From the human T2T-CHM13v2.0 reference genome, Homo sapiens: a DNA stretch of 64,000 nucleotides. The stretch lies in the NCBI RefSeq assembly GCF_009914755.1, contig NC_060925.1. One strand, 5' to 3'. The position numbers and the translations under genes are program-made. The notes beneath the pieces were generated by a model. The model saw nothing but the letters and a program-made list of their open reading frames with translations, made no database searches and was not told the origin of the DNA. Shown here one piece after another: positions 1 to 14,313 of the stretch (positions are counted from its first letter, which is position 1; every line of letters begins with the position of its first letter).

Positions 1-2094
1 CAGCCAACCTCAGGCCACAGAAACCTAGCCTGGGGAGGGGATCCTGGGTTGCTGCCCCAGCTGGAGGCAACTCAGGGACACACAGGCCCCAGGGGTTGAC
101 CACAGGCTCCTAAGCCAGGGCCTTAGCCGATCATAGGTGCTCCAGGGGCCTCTGCTCCAGAGCATGGGTCTGGGAGCCGAAGCCCTCCACCTCAGGGCTG
201 TGCCAGGCCTCGCAGGGGTCAAGGGCCTCTGTGGCATCTCTGGCAGGCACAGCTCACCCCAACCCATGGCAAATGCTCTGCTGGAGACAGAGGCACAGCC
301 TGATGTGGGTGATCCCCCTGCATGGGGCTGTCTCCCTGCCCCAGGGGCCTGTGCTCACGGGGGTGCAGGGTCCCATAAACTTCCCAAGGTAGATCCCACA
401 CCAGCAGGAGCCTCTTCCAAGGAGGCTGGGAATCAGGGCCTGGGCCCCTCAAAGGGTCCTGGGAAGTCCTGGTCACTCCAGCATGACCTCCTGCACAAGT
501 GACCGAGTGTGCCACCCACTGCTCTCCCGATGCTGGGCCAGGGCAGCCCAGCCTCCAGCCAGCTGCACGGAAGAGGGATTGGGAGAGCAAAGCTGGGGCC
601 GCTCAAGTCAGGGCTGGGCTGCCCCAGGGTCCTGGGGACTTCTGCCCTTCCATTTTGCTTGGCAGGCCCTGTGGTGCTAGGGGATGGGAGGTGGCCTGAG
701 GGGCTATCTTCTCAAATGCCCCAGAGCTCGGAGCCTACTGTGCTGGGATCAGCCAGTACTTGGCCCTGGGAGGAAGACAGGCAGCCCTCATGCCTTCCGA
801 GGAGGCCTGAGCCAAAAGCCAGCATCCCTGGGAAGCCAGGCCATGGGAGGAGACCTCTCTCCAAACAGGTCTCCTGCTGGAAGCCACATCCCAGCCGCAC
901 TTCCCAGGAGTCCCCCCAGCCCTCTGGGGCCAAGAGAAGTCAGGAGCCATGCTGCCTGCGGCTGCTGGGCTGGAATGTGGGATGAGGGACTGGGATCAGG
1001 TTTCCTCCCCTGCCTGACTTGCTCATTTCAGGAGGGGAGCTGGGCCCTACTCTAATCAGGACCAGCTGTGCTGGCTGGGGCAGTGGGGGATGTGCCTGCG
1101 GGGAGAGCAGGGCCCTGCACTCCCTCCTGGCTCCCAGGAAATCCCCAGGAAGCTCTTACGGTGGGAGAAACTGAGGCCTGGGGTGTGGAGCTGCAGCACA
1201 CCCCTGTCCAGCCACACAGGGCCCTGCCCTGAGAGAAGCTGGCTGCCCCAGCTTCCCCAGCACCCAGTGCCATCAGAGCTGGTTCTGTGCCTCTTGGCAG
1301 CAGGGGGCAGGGGCATCGCCCACTGGGATGCTCCTCAGGCCAGCTCCAGAGGGCCGTCCCAGGAACATGACAGCTGTGGCGAAGGGAATTTCATACTGGG
1401 AGCCCCCCGGCACCCCAGCCATTGCAGAGGGAGGATCTAGCCATGTCTGGGCTGCTGGGCCAAATTCCACCACACCAGCTTGGGCACAGGACCAATGCCG
1501 TGGGCGGCCACGGCTCTGCAGGAGCTGGAAGTCAGGCTGGCCTCCAGTCAGGGAGCCGAGGTGGGTGGGCCCACTGGGTGCTGGGGAGGAGACAGAGATC
1601 AGTTCCACTTTGGCTGAGACTTACAGAGAGGCTGGGCCCTGGACTGGGGGATCACAGAGGGTGAGAGGGGCACTGTGGCTGGCTCAGGGCTGAGGGGTGG
1701 TGTGGCCCTGGCAGGAGGGTCCCTGGCAGGACACAGAGGGTAGCTGGGAAGGTCAGGCATTGGGGCAGGAGCTGCAGGGCCCAGCGCCAAAGGAAGCAGT
1801 GTGCTCAGACACCTGCGCTCCAGACCCCAGGGGCTTCTCTAGGCAGGGATCCTCCAGGCCACCCAGCAGCCTCACACCGCGCCTCACACTGCTGTTCTCC
1901 TATGAGGGGCAAAGAGGGTTGGAGGAAGACACCTTGGGACAGGCCCAGCTGTGGGGAGGGGCAGCAACACACAGGCGGGGCTGGGCCCCAGGGCAGGTCC
2001 CTTCTCGATAGACCAGGCTGCCTTCCAAGCCAGCGGGCAGCACAGGCACCGCAGCCTCGCCAGGGCCCCGGCAGGTGTCCTCCCACGACCTCCT

Positions 2095-2790
2095 GAACTC
2101 CTCTTTCCCTCAGGAGGTGCCCCCAACCCCTCCTTCCCACAGGAGCCGCCCCCCCAGCCCCGCCTTCCCTCAGGAGCTCCCCCCACCACCCCCGGCTTCC
2201 CTCAGGAGGTGCCCCCCACCCCCTCCTTCCCTCAGGAGCTCCCCACACTAGTTCCTCCTTCCCTCAGGAGCTCCCTCCACCACCCCCTCGTTCCCACAGG
2301 AGCTCCCCCAACCCCCTCCTTCCCACGGGAGCTCCCCCCACCCTCTCCTTCCCACGGGAGCTCCCCCCAACACCCTCCTTCCAGGGGAGCTCCCCCAACC
2401 CCCTCCTTCCCACGGGAGCTCCCCCAACCTCCTCCTTCCCTCGTGAGCTCCCTCCACCACCCCCTTCTTCCCACGGGAGCTCCCCCCACCCACTCCTTCC
2501 CACGGGAGCTCCCCCAACCCCCTCCTTCCCACGGGAGCTGCCCCCACCCCCTCCTTCCCATGGGAGCTCCCCCAACCTCCTTCCTTCCCTCGGGAGCTCC
2601 CTCCACCACCCCATCCTTCCCACGGGAGCTCCCCCCACTCCCTCATTCCCACGGGAGCTCCCTCCACCACCCCCTCCTTCCCACGGGAGCTCCCCCCACT
2701 CCCTCATTCCCACGGGAGCTCCCCCAACCCCCTCCTTCCCTCGGGAGCTCCCCCAACCCCCTCCTTCCTCAGGAGCTCCCCTACCCCTTC
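2095..2790. repeat. C-rich minisatellite, unit about 28-31 bp (CCTTCCCACGGGAGCTCCCCCCACCCCCT), about 23 copies
   Basis: Direct inspection; explains the long Pro- and Gly-rich ORFs on both strands. Confidence 0.95.
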
Positions 2791-3304
2791 CTGGCCTCTG
2801 GTGCAGAGCAGACCTGGGGCTCTGGTCTGAGGGGGGGCCTTGGTGGCCTGGGACCTGGGGACACTCTGGGAGCTCCTTGCACACAGGAACATGAGCTCCA
2901 GCGCCTCAGCAGGGCCCCTGGTGTAGGAGCAGAGCTGCTTCCCAGGGATCGTATCTCAGCTGGACACGGGGACTCAGCTCTGCTGGGATTTGGACTGTGG
3001 GCACTGTGTGGCCTTTAGAGCTTCTAGCCCATCCTGAGGGAGGCCAGTGACTGGTAAGACATTCTGGGCTCTCGGAGCCTGCACAGCTCAGGGACAGGTA
3101 TTCTGGCCTAGAGGTCAAATACCAAAGCCCCTCACATCCTATCCATACACCATCCACCCATCCAATGCAGGGGTTTATCAGTGGTCTCACATACAGGGCA
3201 CAGTTGCCACGGGACTGCAGAGTTGGGTGGACAAACCCCTCAACATTCCCATTCCTCTCTCAAAGTCCTTCCAAACAGAAGCCACTGTCACCCACAGGGC
3301 CTGA

Positions 3305-3380
3305 TCTAGAACTCCCTGCTAACCCCCAGGCCCACTCTAGAACTCCCTGCACCCCCAGGCCCTCTCTGGAACCCCCTGCC
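3305..3380. repeat. Short tandem repeat, about 30-bp unit x2.5 (TCTAGAACTCCCTGC...CCCCCAGGCCC)
   Basis: Direct inspection. Confidence 0.8.
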
Positions 3381-4429
3381 ATGTACCTGCAATGTGCCCT
3401 GCATGGCGCATGGTGGGCTGGTTACTCACAGCAGCTGCCCAAACTCCCCTTGGGCCTACTGCCGGCCCCACCCACAGTCCCATCCCCTCCTGGACACAGC
3501 CCTCTCCAGCCTCATCTGTCAACGGGGAGCCCTGATGGGCTGCAGAGCAGGAGGAGGTGGGTCCCTGAGGAGTGCTTGGACGACCCCAGGGGTGGCTGGT
3601 GGTATGGGCTGGTGGTAGGCCTGACGAAGCATGTTCTATGTAAGGGGCTGGGTGGAGGTGTCAGGTGCACCTAACTCAAAAAGTCTGGAACTGTGCTCAG
3701 TGACCAGGGGGCCTAGCCCAGGCTGTCTCTGTAGCAAACCCCATCATCCCAAGAGAGATCCAGGAGCACCTCCCATAATCCTTCCTCCAAAGGGACCATG
3801 AAACCCTCCAGCATGCAGCTGCCCCCACCTCACCCTCCTGGGGTTGGGAATGTACCTTCTCACCCCACCTCGAGGCCTGGCCTGCTGCAGCCCCCATTCC
3901 CCCTTGGCTCTGTCGAGCATCCGGGCTTCAGGCTGTCCCAGCTCAGACCAGCCTCTCCTCTGCCTCAGTTTCTCTGTCTGTGATGGCCTTACAAGCTTCT
4001 TTCTGCCCAGCTGAAAATGGGGTGGCATATGGTGAGTGGCCAGCAGACACCCAGGATGGGTCAGGTGGCTCCAGACACAGCAGGGGTGGTGCCAGGACCA
4101 CAGCCTCACTTCTCCAGCATCCTCCATCCACAGACAGGAAGCCCTGGGCAGCCCAAGTAGCTGCTGTGGCCTGGGGGCCCCAGGACCACTGACCCCACTC
4201 CACTCTTCCACACAGGTGGGGGCTGTGAGAGCCTCGAGGGAAAGAGGACACAGGAGGAAGGTGGGTGCGGTGATGGCTCAGGGACCACCTGCAGCTCCAG
4301 CTGGCCTGGATAATGGCAGGGTCTGTGGGGCAATGGCCCTGCTACAGGACTGGGGCCGCTTTGCTCCTGAATGCTCACCTGCCCAGGTAAGTTTACACAG
4401 AAGCCTCCTCACCCACCCACAAGAAAGAA

Positions 4430-4635
4430 GCAGATGTCCCTGTGAGGGTAGGGGTGGGCACAGAATCACAGATGACTGTAGGAAATTTCCAAGGAGATGA
4501 AAACATTCTGTGTCTTTGCTGGGGAGATAAACACAGGCGTGAGTAAATTTGTAGAATATCATTAAACTGTACCCAAAGAATGTATGCATTTCAAAGTATG
4601 TGATTCAAAAAGGCAGTAGAAAACAAATCAATTAA
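4430..4635 (+). mobile_element. Old L1 (L1M) 3' end fragment
   Basis: ggagatgaaaacattctgtgtctt...cattaaactgtac resembles the L1M 3' terminus. Confidence 0.55.
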
Positions 4636-4648
4636 AAGGGTAAATGTG

Positions 4649-4820
4649 GGCCGGGTATAGTGGCCCATTCCTGTAGTCACATTGCTTTGGGAGGTGAGGT
4701 GGGAGGATGGCTTGAACCTGGGAGTGGGAGGATGCAGTGAGATGTGATCACACCACTGCACTCCAGCCCGGGTGACAGAACAAGACCCTGTCTCAAAAAA
4801 AAAAAAAAAAAAAAAAAAAA
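4649..4820 (+). mobile_element. Monomeric Alu-like element (FAM/FRAM type) with A tail
   Basis: ggccgggtatagtggc...ccactgcactccagcc...gtctc followed by an A tract. Confidence 0.85.
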
Positions 4821-5717
4821 GCAGGAGGCAGAAGGGAGGCAGTAAATTCACCCACATATTTGAGTCTAATTACCTGGCCAGTGGCATAAGGGGAACAGCC
4901 AGACTACAGCACCCAACAGATCCAGAAGGTGACCGTGATCCAGATTCCTTAGCAATTTATGTGACCCAACGCAACTGGATTCTTGTAATCGCTAACAAAA
5001 TCCAAAGGAATGAGGATGACATATTCACTAGATGGAACATGAAGACACAAAGAGAAGAGAAATGCCCCTTTTGGACCTCTGTGATCACTGTAGTGGGACC
5101 AGGGCCATGTGGCTGCGTTGCTTTCTCTCTGGGCCATCCCTCAGAGGGACCTGGGTCCTGGGAGCTCTGGCTTCAGTGGAGCCATGCGTGATGCTCTAGG
5201 CCTGTCCCGCTTTGAAGCTTGGGAGGCATCTAAGATGCCACAGGAGCTTCGTGCCTCTGAGTGGGGCCTTGCTGGGCAGCTGTGCACCTGGACAGCAGGG
5301 TGTCTTCCGTTTCTGGCAGTAGGCTCTGTGGATCCCATTCACTTCTAACGTGAAGGCTGTGTGACTCTCCCTGACCCCAGATTCTGAGATTAAAGCCAGT
5401 TTGTGTGATAGAGGGTCACACGAGACATAGAGATCACAAGGCATCTGTCCTAACACCGTGTGGGGTCCGTGTAGGCAGCTTTCTTGCCGTGTGCCTGCTG
5501 ATCATGTGGAAGACGCCCAACACGTGGCATCTGCTGCAGGTCCAGCTGGGCGAATTTTGCTGAATCCAGGTAGACACCACACCACGGGAGATTGCACCAG
5601 GTCTTCAAAGATTACAGACAAAAGCAGGTGGCTTGCACCAAACTCTCTGGAAGACTCTGGAGATGACGTGGCCATTGTCAAGATGAGGACCTTGAAGACG
5701 GATTTGTCCCTGTGGTC

Positions 5718-6310
5718 TGTTAAAACAGAGACCATAGACTGACAGAACAAACTTTTTGTGGCAGAAGGTGCCAAATTGTAAACAAAACCTAAGACCCTGC
5801 CAGGCAAGGAGTTAAGTCACACAACCCTACACTTAAAGAATAAACTGTGTTCTGGCTGTGCTACAAGGGTTTTCTTTTTTTCCAGCAGCCAATCAAGCAC
5901 TGGCCTTGAGCTAAGCAACATTAAGACAATTGCAGTTCATCCAGCTCACAGAGGCTGACTCTCCGACCTCCTGCTCCACCAGCCATGACTGCAGCGTTCA
6001 ATGGATGGGACACTGACTTCAGGAGCTTTCTCCTGATGAGAGACCACGACTACGAACTGGTTCTGGCCAGTTTACAGAGGCTGTGCACTTCCACACCATC
6101 ATGTCCCTGCTTCACCTTTTGATATCTAGAGCCTAACTGTAGCACATTTAAATGTTAAGTCTCGACCCCAAAGTGAACATGCACTGTATGTTACATGCAT
6201 GTTTGTTCAGTATGCATGTGTGTGTCCCCCCCACCGCAAGAATTTGTGAATCTTCATAGTTCCTCCTGTAACCTGTCCAGTATGTATGCTTGTCCAACCA
6301 TTCAGTGTCT
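5718..6310 (+). mobile_element. ERV1-class LTR remnant (MER39/MER34-like)
   Basis: ccaaagtgaacatg...tacatgcatgtttgttcag...catagttcctcctgtaacctgt matches my recall of this LTR family. Confidence 0.55.
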
Positions 6311-6939
6311 TTGTTTTGAAATGTCTAGGTACCTGCAGGGAGCCGCAGCTGTAGTACTCAGAGTCCCCATTGCCCTTCAACCTCCCCAATCATGACATCT
6401 TATCTAACTGTAGAGTACAATGCAGACAACTTTACTGCAGACCTTATTCGGTTTTCAGCCTTTTTTAAAACCTTCGTCCTTGCGTGTGTGTGTGAACACA
6501 TCTAGTTCTATGCCACTGGATCCTGTGTGGAGATTCTTGGAACCACCACTGCCACCAGGATACAGAACAGCTCTGTCACCTCCAAGGAGCTCTTACACCA
6601 CTGTGTAGAGTCATGCTGCCCCAAAAATCCACTTCTCCATAAAGCAATGACAAATATTGTCAAAACCAATTTTTCAGAACTCTGGAAGTTAATCAAAAGT
6701 TTGCCAAAACCCAAGGAGTATTTAGTAAAGAAAAACATATAAAAAGGATTATATACCATAACGAAGTGGAATTTACAGCATATCAGAAAATATTGCCTAA
6801 TCCAAAATCATGAAGATTTATTCATGTTTTCTTCTAAGAGTTCTACAGTTTTAGCTCTTACATTTAGATTTATGATTTTTTTCTCCCTCCTTCCTTCCTT
6901 CCTTCTTTCCTTCCTTCCCTCTTTCCTTCCTTCTTTCTT

Positions 6940-7232
6940 TCTTTTTGTTTGTTTTTGAGATGGAGTCTCACTCTGTCACCCAGGCTGAAGTGGCACAGTC
7001 TCATCTCACTGCAGCCTCTACCTCCTGGGTTCAAGCAATTCTCATGCCTCAGCCTCCTGAGTAGCTGGCATTACAGGTGTGTGCCACCACGCCCAGCTAA
7101 TTTTTGTATATTTAGTAGAGACAGAGTTTCACCATGTTGGCCAGGCTGGTTTCGAACTCCTGACCTGAGGCTATCTGCTCACCTTGGCCTCCTAAAGTGC
7201 TGGGATTACAGGCATGAGCCACCATGCCCTGC
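6940..7232 (-). mobile_element. AluS; tail grades into a (CCTT)n/(CTTT)n microsatellite at 6880-6945
   Basis: Full dimeric antisense Alu. Confidence 0.92.
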
Positions 7233-7319
7233 TCTTTCTATCTTTCATTTGCCTCCACCCTCCCCCAGACCCCCTCCTTCTCCTTCTCCTTCTTCTTCTT
7301 CTTTCTTCTTTCTTCTTCT

Positions 7320-7845
<526 letters not shown>

Positions 7846-8857
7846 TAAGCATCCAGTCATCCCCAGCAACATTTATTGAAATGGCTATTCTTTCCTAATT
7901 GAATTGTCTTGACTGTAAATATGAGGGTTTATTTCTGGATCCTTAATTGTATTCCATTGACCTCTATATGTATCCTTATGCCAATACCAACAGACAGCCA
8001 ATGCTGTCTTTGTGTAACTTTGTAACCTTGAAATCAGGAAGTGTGAGTCTTCCAACTTTGTTCTTTATAAAGACTGTTATGGCAATTCTGGATCTCCTGA
8101 ATTTTCATATGAATTTTAGGATCAGTTTATTGATTTCTGAAAGAAATTAAAAGGCAATTAGGATTTTGATAGGAATTTCATTAACTGTAGATAATTTGGG
8201 GGAGTATTGCCATCTTAATATCAAATCTTCTGATCTATGAACATTAAATGTCCTTGAATTTATTTAGATATCTTTTGATTTCGTTCAACATTTTGTAACG
8301 TGCAAATCTCACACTTCTTTTGTTTATTTTTAAGTATTTTATTCCTTTTGATGATATTGTATATGGAATTGTTTTATTTCATGTTCGAATTGTTCTATTT
8401 CATGTTTGAATTGTTCATTGCTAGTGTATATTTAGCAGAGACAAGGTTTCGCCATCAATTAATAAATTAATAAATCAATCCCCATATATTGATCCTGTAT
8501 CCAGCAACTATTGTTAGTTCTAACAGTTTTTTAAGTGGATTCCTGAGAGTTTTCTATATGCAGGATTATGTTTGCAAATAGAGATCATTTTAATTCTTCC
8601 TTTCCAATCTGGATATCTTTTATTTCTTTTCCTGCCAAATTTTCCTGACTGGAGTCTTCAGTACAATGTTGAATACAGGTGGTAAGAGGAGATACCTTTG
8701 TCTTGTTCCACATCTTATGGAGAAAGCATTTAATCTTTTACCATTAAGTATGATATTAGCTGTGGGTTTTTGTAGCTGTCTCTTATTAGGTTGAGGAAGT
8801 TCCCTTCTGTATCTAGTTTGTTGGGTACTTTATCATGAAAGGGTGTTGACTTCTTTC

Positions 8858-9176
8858 TTTCCTTTTCTTTTTTCAGATGGGGTCTCGCTCTGTTACCCAC
8901 GCTGTAGTGCAGTGGCGTGATCTTGGCTCACTGCAACCTCCGCCTCTCAGGTTCAAGCAATTCTCCTGCCTCAAGCAATTCTCCTGCCTCAGCCACCTAA
9001 GTAGCTGGGATTGCAGGCACCCACTGCCACGCCCAGCTAACTTTTTTGGGTACTTTAGTAGAGATGGGGTTTCACCATGTTGGCCAGGCTGGTCTCGAAC
9101 TCCTGACTTCAGGCTATCCACCCACCTCGGCCTCCCAAAGTGCTGGGATTACAGGCCTGAGCCACTGCACTCGGCC
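8858..9176 (-). mobile_element. AluS with TSD TGACTTCTTTC and an internal 18-bp tandem duplication (8953-8988)
   Basis: TCAAGCAATTCTCCTGCC occurs twice in tandem; TSD on both flanks. Confidence 0.92.
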
Positions 9177-9527
9177 TGACTTCTTTCAAATGCTTTTTCT
9201 GCACCTATTGAGATGATCATGTGGATTTTGTTCTTAATTGACTTCTGTGGCTTTTTGCTTGTTTGTTTTATTTTTATTTTTTTACACTGCAACCATGACA
9301 GATGAACTTAATTGATTTTTGAATGTTAGTCCAACCTTGCATTCCTGGGATAAATCTCACTTGGCCATGATGTATAATACTTTCAATATATTGTTGGATT
9401 CAGTTCCTTAGTATTCTGTTGAGAAATTTGTGTACCTATCATAAGAGATATTGGTCTGTAGTTTTATTTTCTCGTGATGACTGCATCTGGTTCTGGCATC
9501 AGGGAGATGCCTCAAAGAAAGAGTCAA

Positions 9528-9662
9528 AAGCCTGACTCAGTGGCATGCACCTGTAGTCCCAGCTGCTGAGGAGGCTGAGGCAGGAAGATCGCTTGAGCCC
9601 AGGACTTTGAGACCAGCATGGGCAACATAGTGATACCCTATTTCTAAAATAAATAAATAAAA
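9528..9662 (+). mobile_element. FLAM/AluJ monomer
   Basis: gcttgagcccaggactttgagaccagc...aaaataaataaa. Confidence 0.8.
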
Positions 9663-12600
9663 TGTTCTTTCTTCTTCTATTTTTGGAAGAGTATATGAAA
9701 GAATTATATTAATAATTCTTTAACTATGTGGTAGAATTAATCATTGGAGCCATCTAGACCTGGGCTTTTCTTTGTGGGAAGTCTTAAAATTATTCTTGTA
9801 ATAGCCTATTCAGCTGCTTTATTTCTACTTGAGTAAGTTTGGGTAGTTTGTGTCTTTTTAGGAAGGCGTTCATTTCATCTAAGTTATCTCATTTGTTGGC
9901 ATAAAGTGCTTCATAGTATTCCCCTATAAGTCTTTTTTTCTGTAAATCATCCCTGATTTTAGTAAGTTGAGTCTTTCTGTTTTTATTGTCACTCTAGCTA
10001 AGAGTTTATTAATTGATCTTTTCAAATAACAAACTTTTGGTTTTGTTGATTTTTCTATATTTTTTCTGTTTTCTATTTCATTGATTTCTACTCTGATCTT
10101 TATTATGCCTTTCTGCTGTTTGCTTTGGGTTTGGTTTGCTCTTCTCTCTGTTGCATAAAGTGGAAGATTAGGTTATTGATTTTAAAACTTTCTCTTTTTT
10201 TTCATGTAGGCATTTAAAGCTATGAGTTTACCTCCACGACTTGCTTTAACTACATCTCTTATGTTGTGCTTTCCTTTTCATTTATCTCAAAATATTTTCT
10301 AACTTATCTTGTGATATATTTGACTCACTGGTTATTTGAGCGTGTTAATATCTATGTATTTGTGAATTTCCCAGTTTTTTTTGTTATTTCAGATTTATTT
10401 CCATTTTGGCTAGAGGATTTTATTTGTATGATTTCAATCCTTTAAATTCATTGAGTTTTTTTTTTGGTCTAGCATATGGTCTATTCTGAGGAACATTTCA
10501 TGTGTCTGGAGAAAAATATGTATTCTGCTGTTGTTGCATGAAGTATTCTATAGATCTCTGTTAGTGCTAGCTGGTTAGTGGTGTTGTTCCATTCTTACAC
10601 ATCCTATTTGATCTTTATTCTAGTTGTCTTATTCATTCTTAAAAGTGGGCTATTAGAGTATCTAGCTTGTTATTGTTTAACTGTCTATTCTCTCTTCAAT
10701 TGTCAATTTTTTGCTGCCTGGATTTTGGGGTTCTGTTGCTAGATGCATATATGTTTAGAGTTATTATATCTTTATAATGAATCAACCCTTTGTATAATTT
10801 TTAAGTGTCTATTTTTATTTTCTAGCAATAATTTTTGTTTTAAAGATAATTTTGTCTGGTAGTATTACAGCTATCCTAGTCCTTTTATGCTTTCTGTTTT
10901 CATAATACATGTTTTTCCATCCTTTTATTTTCAATCTATGTATCTTTGAATCTACAATGTGTCACCTGTGGACATGTAGTAGGATCTTGTTTTGTTTTGC
11001 TTTGTTTTTGTCAGTCTGACAATCTCAGCATTTTGATTGGATATTTTAATTCATTTATATTTAATGTTATTATTGATATTGTTGGATATATGTCTGCCAT
11101 TTTGCTTTCTGTGTTCTATATGTCTCATGCCTGTTTTGTCACTTTTTTTCTTTGTGTTTCTTTTTATATAGTTTCTATTGCTGGCTTTAAGTTTACTAAT
11201 CTTTCTATCTATAACATCTAATCTACCATTAATGTTATCCATTATACTTTTAATTTCAGACATTATTCTTTCATTTCTATAAATTGTTTGTCTTTTTTAC
11301 ATCTTTCAGGTTTCCATGTAAATTTTTGATCTCATGGAATGCAGTTATAATATCCGTTTTAATGTCCTTGTCTACTCATTCTGACATTTGAGTCAGCCAC
11401 TGGTCAGTTTCAGTTGACCAATTATTCTACTCATTATGGGTTGTGTTTTCTTGATTCTTTATATGCCTGGTATTCTTTGAGTACTGCTCAGTCTAGTGTG
11501 AATTATTCCTTATTGCTCAGGCAGGAACATCATACGAACAGGAATTATGAACTTTTCATATCTGGCTAGTAGAAACAGGCACTATTCCCAGCCCTGGATA
11601 TAAGCACTGAGTAGTATTTTCTTTCTTTTGGGAAATTCTTTATCCAGCCTAGGGTATGTTTCTCATATGCTCGTGCTGATCAGCACTCAGCTAAGTATGT
11701 AAAGTAAACTTTCTTCAGTTCTCTAAGGTTCTCTCTGTCTGCATATCTTACATCTCTGGTACTCTGTCCTGAGAACTCTAGTCATCTTGGTCTCCTGGAC
11801 TCTCACCTGTCTCATCAATTCAGGTACTCTGCTAGGCTCAATATGGGTTTCTTCTTCTTGTGCTATGGCCTGGAAGCTGAGACAATCACAGGGCTAACTC
11901 CTTTTCTTTCCTGTCTCTCAGGGATGGCAGTCATTCATTGCTTGATGTTCAAGTCCTGAAAACTCATTTTTCTATATTTATTCTTTGTTGTTGTTTCAGA
12001 TGAAAGGTAAATTTGGCTCTTGTTACTACCTCTTGGCGGCCAGAAGTATAAATTATTTTTATTGTTTGATTCAAACAAAATTAAAACAAAAATAGTGCTT
12101 TAAAAACAGTACATGTATACAGCATTGAAGTACATTCATACTTTTTCTTTTAGAGCATCTTTTTTTTTCTTCCCATTCTGGGTAGTTTCTTCTGACTTAT
12201 CTTCTAAATCATGAATTCTCTCTTTATCTGGGTCTGAACTGTTGTTAAAGCCATTCAGGGAGTTCTGAATTTAGAGTCTGTGCCTTTCATTTCTTGAAGT
12301 TTCTTTTTGGTTCGTAAAAATAATCTCCATCAAATTTATAGTTTCCAGTTGTTGCAAAAAATTCACAAGCCTAGTTTTATCCCCTAGAGCATAATAAGCA
12401 CATTCATTTTACAGTTTTGGCTGATAATTCAAGTATTTGCATTTCTTCAGGTCTGATTTTCTATTGTTTCTCGGTCATGGTATAATATCTCACATTTCTG
12501 GTCATCTTTGTTTATGTGCTGAAAGGTATTTAAATTTTATTTTTAGAAATAATTTAAAGCTAGGGGTGATATTATCATCACCTTAAGAGGATTATTATCT

Positions 12601-13032
12601 GCTTCTGCTAAGCACGTGGGGGCACTAGCAATCTGGATTTACCTTACACCAAGTTCAGGGCTTGAGATTTTCCGAGCCACCAAGATGACTCAAAGCTGGG
12701 CTTCAGTCCATCAAAGGGTTGGTTTACTTCTGATTCACCCTTACTCCTAGGGTACATCCATTCTTGTTTTCAGCCCAAAGCAGGTGTGGTTTAGCATGGT
12801 CCACACCCTTGGTGAATCCTAGACTCCCACATGTGTTTCCTTAGACTAAAAAGACTGCCAAAAAAATGACACAAAGTCACTTGGCTGCCCTTTCTTAAAG
12901 GGCAGAAACAAGCTTGAATGCTTAGATCTCCTCACTCCTCTCGATATTATTCTGGTGATTCATTGCCATGTTTTTGATATTTCCTGCTTCTATGGAGATG
13001 GCTTTTATGTTTTGTCATAAATTGTTAATTGT

Positions 13033-13337
13033 GGCCGGGCACGGTGGCTCATTCCTATAATCCTAGCACTTTGGGAGGCTGAGGCCGGTGGATTGCTTGA
13101 GGCCAGGAATTCAAGACCCAGCCTGGCCAACATGGTGAAACCCTATCTCTACTAAAACACAAAAAAACTAGACCAGCATGGTAGCACATGCATATAATCT
13201 CAGCTACTTGGGAGGCTGAGGCACAAGAATCGCTTGAACCCGGAGGCAGAGGTTGCATTGAGACAAGATTGTGCCACTGCACTCCAGCCTCAGTGACAGA
13301 CCGAGACTCTGTCTCAAAAAAAAAAAAAAAAAAAAAA
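13033..13337 (+). mobile_element. Alu (J/S), full length
   Basis: Dimeric Alu with A tail. Confidence 0.92.
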
Positions 13338-13629
13338 GAGTTGTGTTGATTGGGAAGGCTGGCCCTTATTACATTGTTCACCATTATTGGAAACATGTCT
13401 ATATTTCAGTCTAAAGTCATAAAGTGTTCTCTTTGTCATTTAAGGGTTTGCTTTTTTTAAAAAATAAAGCATGAGATAGGGTTCTTATTTCATTTTTCCC
13501 CATGTGGATAACCACTTTTCCAAGAACCATTCATTGAATAGTTCCTCTTTTCCCCACTGATCTCCCATGCCACCTCAGTCATGTATTGAAATTCCATACC
13601 TATAAGGATTTAATTCTGAGCTCGGCTCC

Positions 13630-14313
<684 letters not shown>

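Noticed and set aside
1951-3018. 355-aa Pro-rich ORF and overlapping Gly-rich antisense ORFs
   Set aside because: They are translations of the C-rich minisatellite, which lacks stops in most frames; no ATG-supported gene structure or recognisable domain.
1-3100. Possible serine-protease pseudogene (fragments such as ASHC near 1880, HWVL near 1572, DRISAGHGDS near 2947)
   Set aside because: The motifs are in inconsistent frames and spacing, have no matching exon structure, and are expected by chance in GC-rich DNA.
4860-5715. Unique-looking sequence with 94-139 aa ORFs, possible processed pseudogene
   Set aside because: I could not recognise a parent gene, poly(A) tail or TSD in any frame; a BLAST search would be needed.
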